Source: Marispirochaeta sp.
GTDB taxonomy: Bacteria > Spirochaetota > Spirochaetia > JC444 > Marispirochaetaceae
DNA: 64,000 nt
Assembly (NCBI GenBank): GCA_963676835.2
Contig: CAXXFF010000004.1
Location: 352,001 to 416,000 of the forward strand
Reading direction: 5' to 3'
Shown: one piece after another, positions 57,490-64,000 of the stretch
Layout of the letters: every line of letters starts with the position of its first letter
How positions within the stretch are numbered: the first letter of the stretch is position 1
Notes under the pieces: generated by a model
Told to the model about the DNA's origin: nothing
Databases searched by the model: none
Seen by the model: the letters and a program-made list of their open reading frames with translations, nothing else
Program-made: the position numbers and the translations under genes

Positions 57490-60486
57490 TTACTCATAAG
57501 AATCCAATCCGTAAATTTCACGACCTCCGGCAAGTTTTTTTAATACTGGTACTAAATCTTCCATCAATTCCAGTTCTTTAGATAAGCGATCCTTCCAGCC
57601 CAACCCAAGAGGTTCCAGCAAATCGCTGAGTTTCTCACCATCAAATACCATACGATCAATAATTGCATCTACAAAAGCCTGAAGTGCAACCACGTCAAGT
57701 CCGTACGTATCGGCAATATCAGCCATTTCTTTGGCTGCTTTCTCTGTTTTAAATTTCTGATAGCCCTCTTTAATCTCTTTTTCGTTCAATGCTTCACCAG
57801 CTTTAAGAGTATTGATGTAGTCAATAATATCTTCCCGTTCTTCCATAAGGTTGGAACTGGAACACAGCATACTGACTAGCTGATTGCGGTTCATCTTCTG
57901 CTTTTTGGGCTCGCTCTGGGTAAATTTGGAAATCAAAGACATAATATAGTCATAATCGATAATTGCAGAGGAAAAGAGGATAAACTCAAAATCCAATTGT
58001 GCGATTTCCGGATCCAGATCGCTTCCGGATTTTTGTTGAGTTTCCTTTAACTTCTGGGCAATTTCAATATAAGAACTTCTGAAAGAGCGTAATTCGTCTT
58101 CCGAGATCAAAGCATTTATTTGAGCTTTCTGCGCATAGGTCAAATCGGTATATTGATCCAGCTGGGTTTTCAGGCGCTGGACTTCCTTGAACTGATTAAT
58201 AAAATTGATTCGGGAAGTGTCACCCTTTAGATTGTACACTTCCTGGGGAGAACATACCAAATCACGATCCTTCATAAAAGCATCTAAAGATTCAAGGGCC
58301 TTTTTATACTTATCTATAACAACAGGAGCAGGATCAACCAGCCAAATCTCTTTCGACTTTCCCGTCTCTTCGCCGGAAAAAAGCGCAATGGCTGCATCTA
58401 CTTCCTTAGTCTGGCTTCTAAAGTCCAGGATATTTCCATAGGGCTTGGTATCATTTAACACCCGGTTTGTTCTTGAGAAAGCCTGAATTAAACCATGCTG
58501 CTTAAGATTCTTGTCAACGTACAAAGTATTCAGATACTTCGAATCGAAACCCGTTAAAAGCATATCTACGACGATGGTCACGTCGATTTTATTTTTGTGA
58601 GGAGAATCAGCATTGCTGTATTTATGATCTTTAATTCTTTTTTGAACATCCTGATAGTACAAATCGAATTCGTTTATCCCATGGTTTGTACTGTATTGGC
58701 TGTTATAATCAGCAATAATGGCTTTTAAAGCCTCTTTTTTCTTCTCCGGCTCCTGTTCATTGTCTGCTTTTTCCTGAGGTAAATCTTCCTGAATCTGCTG
58801 CACATCTCTGTTACCCTCCGCCGGCGGGGAGAAAACACATGCAATGTTCAAAGGTATGTAACTATCATCCTCTTTCAAAAACTTTGTTTGTATTGCTTTG
58901 AAAAGGTCATAATATTCTATGGCATCATTTATAGAACCAGTAGCCAGCAGAGCATTGAATCGCCTCGAGTTGGTAGCGGCATTATGCTTTTCTATAATAG
59001 ATTCCACGATAGCTTTTTTACCGGCGGCATTTGATGATGCAGCTTTTTTCTTGTTATCGGGTTTGAAATAATCCACATGAAAACGCAACACATTTCCATC
59101 ATCAATAGCATGAGTAATGGTATATGCATGCAATTGTTTTTCAAAAATATCATTAGTAGTTTTATACGAGGCTTGAGTACCGTTTATCTGTTTGTATGTT
59201 GCATTTTCCTCAAATATCGGGGTACCGGTGAATCCGAACAGCTGGGCCTTTGGAAAAAACTCTTTTATAGCCTTATGGTTGTCTCCAAACTGTGAACGAT
59301 GACATTCATCGAAAATAATCGCAATCCTTTTATTCCGAAGGGGCAACAGCCTTTCTTTATAGGTAAGTTTACCGCTTTCTTTACTCTTCTGGTTGCGCCT
59401 GCTGTTTTCATCAAGAGCAAGACCAAGTTTCTGGATGGTAGAGACGATAACCTTGTCGGCATAAACTTCTGACAGCAGCCTCTGCACCAGGGCTTCTGTA
59501 TTGGTATTCTGTTCAACACAGCCTTCCTGAAACTTGTTAAACTCCTCCCTGGTCTGCTTATCGAGATCCTTTCGGTCAACCACAAACAGGCATTTCTCAA
59601 TATCCGGATTATCTTTCAACAGAGTTGAGGCCTTGAACGAAGTAAGTGTTTTCCCGCTTCCGGTGGTGTGCCAGATATATCCGTTGCCCCGATTCTGATT
59701 AATGCAATCCACAATAGCCTTAACCGCATAAATCTGATAAGGCCGCATAATCATCAGTTTTTGTTCGCTTACTACCAGCACCATATAGCGGCTTATCAAT
59801 TGACCAAGTGTACATTTAGCAAGAAAACCTTCAGAGAAATCATGCAAATGAGTAATTTTCTTGTTAGCTTCATCGGCTAACTGGTAGATTGGCAGGAAGC
59901 GTTCATCTGCATTGAACGCAAAATGGTCTTTATGATTATTGGCGAAATAGTAAGTATTGGTCTCATTGCTGACAATAAAAAGCTGCATAAAGCAGAGTAG
60001 TGAATTGGTATAGCCGTTACCGGGGTCATTTTTATAATCGACAATCTGTTCCATCGCACGCTTTGGGGTGACTTGAAGAGTTTTAAGCTCAATTTGAACT
60101 GCCGGTACACCATTAATCAAAATAATCACATCGTATCGGTGATGGCTGCTTTCTGTATTCATTCGCAGCTGATTGATAACCTCAAACTCGTTTTTACACC
60201 AATCCCTGATATTTACCAAAGTATATTGCAGTGGTGTATCATCATCTCTCCGGAAAGTATTTGTTTCCCTTAATCTCTTAGCAGCAGAGAACACATCGGC
60301 GGTGATAATTTCATCCCTTAGTCGGGCATACTCGGCATCACTCAGATTTACTTTATTGAGTCGTTGAAAATGTTCTCTGAAATTTGCTTCAAGGGAAGCT
60401 TTATCCCGTATATCATTGCGATATGTATATTTCAAATCTTTGAGTTTAGAAATGAACTCTTCTTCAATCTGCTGTTCTTTTTTCAT
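57490..60486 (-). CDS. hsdR: Type I R-M restriction subunit
   Basis: RYDV.ILING....IELK nuclease motif, HTTGSGKT, DECHRS, GFTGTP, MLLTGFD, QAFSRTNR. Confidence 0.97.
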   Translation of the reverse strand: MKKEQQIEEEFISKLKDLKYTYRNDIRDKASLEANFREHFQRLNKVNLSDAEYARLRDEIITADVFSAAKRLRETNTFRRDDDTPLQYTLVNIRDWCKNEFEVINQLRMNTESSHHRYDVIILINGVPAVQIELKTLQVTPKRAMEQIVDYKNDPGNGYTNSLLCFMQLFIVSNETNTYYFANNHKDHFAFNADERFLPIYQLADEANKKITHLHDFSEGFLAKCTLGQLISRYMVLVVSEQKLMIMRPYQIYAVKAIVDCINQNRGNGYIWHTTGSGKTLTSFKASTLLKDNPDIEKCLFVVDRKDLDKQTREEFNKFQEGCVEQNTNTEALVQRLLSEVYADKVIVSTIQKLGLALDENSRRNQKSKESGKLTYKERLLPLRNKRIAIIFDECHRSQFGDNHKAIKEFFPKAQLFGFTGTPIFEENATYKQINGTQASYKTTNDIFEKQLHAYTITHAIDDGNVLRFHVDYFKPDNKKKAASSNAAGKKAIVESIIEKHNAATNSRRFNALLATGSINDAIEYYDLFKAIQTKFLKEDDSYIPLNIACVFSPPAEGNRDVQQIQEDLPQEKADNEQEPEKKKEALKAIIADYNSQYSTNHGINEFDLYYQDVQKRIKDHKYSNADSPHKNKIDVTIVVDMLLTGFDSKYLNTLYVDKNLKQHGLIQAFSRTNRVLNDTKPYGNILDFRSQTKEVDAAIALFSGEETGKSKEIWLVDPAPVVIDKYKKALESLDAFMKDRDLVCSPQEVYNLKGDTSRINFINQFKEVQRLKTQLDQYTDLTYAQKAQINALISEDELRSFRSSYIEIAQKLKETQQKSGSDLDPEIAQLDFEFILFSSAIIDYDYIMSLISKFTQSEPKKQKMNRNQLVSMLCSSSNLMEEREDIIDYINTLKAGEALNEKEIKEGYQKFKTEKAAKEMADIADTYGLDVVALQAFVDAIIDRMVFDGEKLSDLLEPLGLGWKDRLSKELELMEDLVPVLKKLAGGREIYGLDSYE

Positions 60487-60605
60487 TTCATAATCCTGAA
60501 ATTACCTGAAGTAAAACCTTATTGGCTAAGGCTTAAACATAATACCAGATTCTATACTTTTGTAGGTATGCTTTTTCTATGCAGTCAGGTGTAGAAGTAT
60601 TTAAA

Positions 60606-60627
60606 CTCTTCAGCCGGATTGGAATCG
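60606..60627 (+). repeat. Right 22-bp direct repeat
   Basis: CTCTTCAGCCGGATTGGAATCG, identical to 52934-52955. Confidence 0.9.
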
Positions 60628-60684
60628 TCTCTTATACTATACCACAGAGTGTACGCCGCCGGAAGATATCTCTATACTGATGCC

Positions 60685-61437
60685 ATGACAGAAAACAGTG
60701 TCTTTGAAATGATAGCAGAATCCGACCATATAGTTGTAATTACCGGTGCCGGCATATCCACCGGAGCAGGGATACAGGACTTCCGCAGCCCGGGAGGGCT
60801 CTACTCAACGGCGGTTCAGCGCTACGGTCTCCCCTTTCCCGAAGCAATATTCGACCTGGGGTATTTTCTCAAGAACCCGGAACCCTTTTTCAGGCTCAGC
60901 GCGGAAATGCTCCTCAAGGACATTCAGCCCACCGCTTGCCACCGCTTGCTTGCACAGCTTGAAGATACCGGGAAAAAAGTACAAATCGTAACCCAGAACA
61001 TCGACATGCTGCATGAAAAAGCGGGGTCTTCGGAAGTTGTTGAATGTCACGGCTCCTACCGCAGCGGCTGCTGCATGGACTGCCGCAGGAAGTACAGCTA
61101 TGCCCGCTTCAGTGAACCGCTGCTGGAGGGAAAGATTCCCCGCTGCAGCTGCGGAGGCGTAATAAAACCGGATGTGGTGTTCTTCGGCGAAAGCCTGCCT
61201 GAAGAGTTCCTGAGCCTCTATGAGAACCCGCCCCGGCCGGACCTGGTTATCGTCATGGGAACATCCCTGACTGTACACCCTGTTGCAGGCTTTGCAGTGA
61301 CAATGGCAAAAGAGAACCGATCGATCCTGGTTAACCGGGACCCTACGGACTACAGTGAAATCTTCGATAACCTCTTTCTGGGCGACCTGGATGAGTTTGC
61401 TGTTCAAGGAGAAGCACAACTCCTTCATTTAGGTTAG
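60685..61437 (+). CDS. Sir2-family NAD-dependent deacylase
   Basis: TGAGIST.AGIQDFRS, TQNID, HGS, CxxC...CxC, KPDVVFFGE, GTSL.V.P; start moved to ATG 60685. Confidence 0.93.
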   Translation: MTENSVFEMIAESDHIVVITGAGISTGAGIQDFRSPGGLYSTAVQRYGLPFPEAIFDLGYFLKNPEPFFRLSAEMLLKDIQPTACHRLLAQLEDTGKKVQIVTQNIDMLHEKAGSSEVVECHGSYRSGCCMDCRRKYSYARFSEPLLEGKIPRCSCGGVIKPDVVFFGESLPEEFLSLYENPPRPDLVIVMGTSLTVHPVAGFAVTMAKENRSILVNRDPTDYSEIFDNLFLGDLDEFAVQGEAQLLHLG

Positions 61438-61486
61438 ACGGATATATAATTCATATAAGATATCCGTTAAACAGGTACCGGACACC

Positions 61487-62005
61487 TTGGCTGCAGGCAG
61501 GGAACGGCTATTATGGGTAATTATGATTTTATTTATAGCCATCATTGCCGCCTACCTGCTTTTATCAAACCTGATCAGCTACCGGCTGCTCAAATATCGC
61601 ATTGTCAACAGCAGAGACTGGGATCTTAATATCTGCTGCGGCAAAACAGATGCGGGTAAGGTGAATGCGGATATAATCCGCCACGCTGAAATCCCCAACT
61701 TTGTCCTCATCGACAGCATATATCAGCTGCCCTTTAAAGACGGGGAGTTCGGCTCGGTCCTCTGTTCGCACACCATGGAGCATGTGGATGATCCGGAACG
61801 CTTCTTTAATGAACTGAAAAGAGTGGGAGATGAGGTTGTACTGGTAACGCCTCCTCTTTACGACCTTCCGGCACTGCTCAATGTTTTTGAACACAAATGG
61901 ATATTCTTAAGCTTCAGGAAAAAACATACCAGCCTCCCTCCCCGGATACGGGTGCCCTTTTCGGATTTTGTTCAGAGGCGATGGGGGCAGGTAAAGAAGG
62001 CTTAA
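61487..62005 (+). CDS. Membrane-anchored class I SAM methyltransferase-like protein
   Basis: N-terminal TM; LNICCG, LPFKDGEFGSVLCSHTMEHV, ELKRV; start uncertain (61523 possible). Confidence 0.75.
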   Translation: MAAGRERLLWVIMILFIAIIAAYLLLSNLISYRLLKYRIVNSRDWDLNICCGKTDAGKVNADIIRHAEIPNFVLIDSIYQLPFKDGEFGSVLCSHTMEHVDDPERFFNELKRVGDEVVLVTPPLYDLPALLNVFEHKWIFLSFRKKHTSLPPRIRVPFSDFVQRRWGQVKKA

Positions 62006-62008
62006 ACC

Positions 62009-62086
62009 TCCTACCTTAGAGTGTGTTTTAATCTTATTTTCCCACTTCCTGGTAGGACATATTCAAATACCGCACGTAATGTAGGA
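62009..62086. promoter_or_regulatory. Candidate enhancer (UAS) array for a sigma54 activator
   Basis: TCCTAC-N6-GTGTGT 62009, TCCCAC-N6-GTAGGA 62040 and CCGCAC-N5-GTAGGA 62070, about 30 bp apart. Confidence 0.5.
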
Positions 62087-62133
62087 AAATAACTTCTTTC
62101 TTACAGTAAAGTTACTTAAAGGTAAAAAAGCGC

Positions 62134-62149
62134 TGGCATGGTATTTGCA
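62134..62149 (+). promoter_or_regulatory. sigma54 (-24/-12) promoter of amtB-glnK
   Basis: TGGCATG-GTAT-TTGCA matches TGGCACG-N4-TTGCW. Confidence 0.85.
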
Positions 62150-62183
62150 CTTTCGTAGGACTACTTAAAAGAAGGAGGCCTAT

Positions 62184-63407
62184 GTGAATGCAGTAGAGCT
62201 ACAGAGCATCCACAATCTGGACGTACTGTTTCTGTTTGTGGGGGCAGTTATGATTTTCTCCATGCATTCCGGATTCGCATTTCTGGAAGTTGGATCGGTT
62301 AGAAAAAAAAGTCAGGTAAATGCCCTGAACAAAATTATCTTTGAATGGGCAACATCGACGGTTATCTATTTTATAGTTGGATTCCCCATTGCCTACGGAA
62401 TAAAATCTCTCAATTTCTGGCAGAGCGCAGCAACACTGACTGCATCGAGCCCGGTAGACATGGTTCGCTTCTTTCTGCTCCTGGGGTTTGCCGCCTGTAT
62501 TCCGGCAATCATTTCCGGTGGTGTGGCAGAGCGGGCGAAATTCTGGACAAACACCATGGCTGGAGCAATATTTGTCGGCCTGGTTTATCCATTTTTTGAA
62601 GCCTTAACCTGGGGACAGATTCCCCTTTTTGGAGCAGGCTCCTGGCTCGAGGGACTCACCGGCTATGCTTTTCATGATTACGCAGGGTCCGTAGTTGTCC
62701 ACTCCATGGGCGGCTGGCTGGCACTGCCTGCAGTACTTATCCTTGGACCACGGCGAAAACGCTATGGCCTGGACGGATCCAGCGCGCCAATACGGGTCTC
62801 AAGCATCCCCTTTCTTGCCCTGGGAAGCTGGATTCTTTGTGTCGGCTGGTTCGGATTCAACGTAATGAGCGCAGGCTCTCTCTCAGCAATGAGCGGCCTG
62901 GTAGCTATCAATTCCCTGCTGGCCATGGTGGGAGGAATAATCTCGGGCATGCTTCTTTCAAAGAATGATGCGGGATTTACCCACAACGGCGCCCTTGCCG
63001 GCCTTGTAGCGGTCTGCGCCGGAAGCGACATCTTCCACCCCCTGGCAGCCCTCTTTGTGGGACTTGCCGCGGGAGCTATTTTTGTATTCGGCTTTCACTT
63101 TGTAACAGAACGGCTGCGCATCGATGATGTTTTAGGCGTCTGGCCGCTGCATGGCCTCTGCGGGACATGGGGCGGTCTTGCAGCCGGGATTCTGGGAATT
63201 CCGTTCTTCGGCGGACTGGGGGGAGTCTCCTTTGTATCCCAGGTTATCCCTGTAGCATTTCAGATCCTGCTCTCTTTTACCGCCAGCGCTCTGGTGTACG
63301 GAGTGCTGAAAGTGACTTTCGGTATTCGCCTTACAGAGCAGCAGGAAATCCAGGGCGCGGACCTTGCCATACACCACGTCGAAGCCAATCCGGAAGAGGC
63401 GCTTTAA
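62184..63407 (+). CDS. amtB: Ammonium transporter
   Basis: GFAFLEVG.VR, IISGGVAER, DYAGS.VVH, GWFGFN, DD....PLHG; AAGGAGG SD. Confidence 0.95.
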   Translation: MNAVELQSIHNLDVLFLFVGAVMIFSMHSGFAFLEVGSVRKKSQVNALNKIIFEWATSTVIYFIVGFPIAYGIKSLNFWQSAATLTASSPVDMVRFFLLLGFAACIPAIISGGVAERAKFWTNTMAGAIFVGLVYPFFEALTWGQIPLFGAGSWLEGLTGYAFHDYAGSVVVHSMGGWLALPAVLILGPRRKRYGLDGSSAPIRVSSIPFLALGSWILCVGWFGFNVMSAGSLSAMSGLVAINSLLAMVGGIISGMLLSKNDAGFTHNGALAGLVAVCAGSDIFHPLAALFVGLAAGAIFVFGFHFVTERLRIDDVLGVWPLHGLCGTWGGLAAGILGIPFFGGLGGVSFVSQVIPVAFQILLSFTASALVYGVLKVTFGIRLTEQQEIQGADLAIHHVEANPEEAL

Positions 63408-63433
63408 AAAAATCCTGCATAAAGGAGATACAC

Positions 63434-63775
63434 ATGAAAATGATAGAAGCCATAATACAGCCCGACTATCTTGCCGCGGTCAAGGCGGAGCTTATAAAGA
63501 ACAATGTAAGCAAAATGACGGTTTTCCACGTAAAGGGCTGCGGTCAGCAGATGGGTTACACCGAAAGCTACAGAGGACAGAAACACGACGTAAACCTGCT
63601 CTCAAAAGTCTGTATCCGTATTGCTGTGAACGATGACTTTGTACGGCCCGTTGTGGACTGCATAATCAAGGCAGCCAGAACCGGTGAGATAGGGGACGGA
63701 AAAATTTTTATCCAGCCCCTGGAGGAGTGCATCCGCATCCGCACCGGGGAATCCGGTGACGAGGCAATCGGGTAA
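63434..63775 (+). CDS. glnK: P-II nitrogen regulatory protein
   Basis: AAGGAG SD; MKMIEAII, YRG, TGEIGDGKIF, IRIRTGE; adjacent to amtB. Confidence 0.92.
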   Translation: MKMIEAIIQPDYLAAVKAELIKNNVSKMTVFHVKGCGQQMGYTESYRGQKHDVNLLSKVCIRIAVNDDFVRPVVDCIIKAARTGEIGDGKIFIQPLEECIRIRTGESGDEAIG

Positions 63776-63782
63776 ACCGGCG

Positions 63783-63815
63783 AGGGTGCTCTTTGCAGAA
63801 CCGCAGGAGCACCCT
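63783..63815. terminator. Hairpin between convergent genes
   Basis: AGGGTGCTC...GAGCACCCT inverted repeat just after the glnK stop. Confidence 0.6.
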
Positions 63816-63822
63816 GTATCAT

Positions 63823-64000
63823 TTAAAAAACGATATTTACCGTAAAATTACTGGTTAAGCCCCGCATGGTCTTTATACGGTCCTCATCAAGCGGAAAAAG
63901 ATATCCTGTCCGCATATCCACAATGACATACTTATTCTTGAAAAGCTCTACCCCTACATGGGGTTCGGCACAGAAGAAATGGGAAATTTCATCTTCCGAA
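63823..64000 (-). CDS. 3' end of a gene entering from the right edge (possible outer-membrane protein)
   Basis: Minus frame SEDEISHFFCAEPHVGVELFKNKYVIVDMRTGYLFPL...NFTVNIVF*; terminal Phe. Confidence 0.55.
   Translation of the reverse strand, partial: SEDEISHFFCAEPHVGVELFKNKYVIVDMRTGYLFPLDEDRIKTMRGLTSNFTVNIVF

Larger units (their letters stand above)
52934..60627. mobile_element. Direct-repeat-flanked type I restriction-modification island
   Basis: Identical 22-mers at both ends, AT-richer interior, five co-oriented defence ORFs, no integrase. Confidence 0.7.

Noticed and set aside
60685..61437. Sir2 gene as an anti-phage NADase of the island
   Set aside because: It lies outside the right repeat, has host-like composition, and keeps the Zn finger and catalytic His of deacylases.
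63167..63433. N-terminal extension of the P-II ORF
   Set aside because: Overlaps amtB; the SD and family alignment put the start at 63434.
1..64000. CRISPR arrays, rRNA, tRNA, transposases, phage genes
   Set aside because: None recognised by eye; intergenic gaps are short and lack periodic repeats.

Overview
Gene-dense bacterial chromosomal window of moderate GC. It is most likely from a free-living anaerobic spirochaete (inferred from lipoprotein signal peptides, gene content and codon style; not verified). Core and accessory genes include an MNT-HEPN toxin-antitoxin pair, ppk2, nadA, speA plus a GNAT, an RND pump, a class II photolyase, several PAS/GAF kinases and c-di-GMP enzymes, arsC-aquaporin, trpB2, proS, ablAB (N-epsilon-acetyl-beta-lysine osmolyte), a sirtuin, and sigma54-driven amtB-glnK. 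Main observations: (1) an AT-richer ~7.7 kb type I restriction-modification island (hsdR-yhcG-hsdS-yhcG remnant-hsdM) bracketed by an exact 22-bp direct repeat, with no integrase; (2) a three-gene NarL-type system with a His-less, ATPase-less pseudo-kinase and three palindromic boxes facing an outer-membrane-protein/ankyrin-lipoprotein operon; (3) two candidate structured leader RNAs, upstream of ablAB and of arsC (the latter behind a Pho-box-like promoter); (4) at least ten genes with a -10 hexamer exactly 6 nt before the start codon (leaderless architecture); (5) a sirtuin with class I (eukaryote-like) signatures. No rRNA, tRNA, CRISPR array, transposase or integrase was seen. All calls are by eye; no searches were run.
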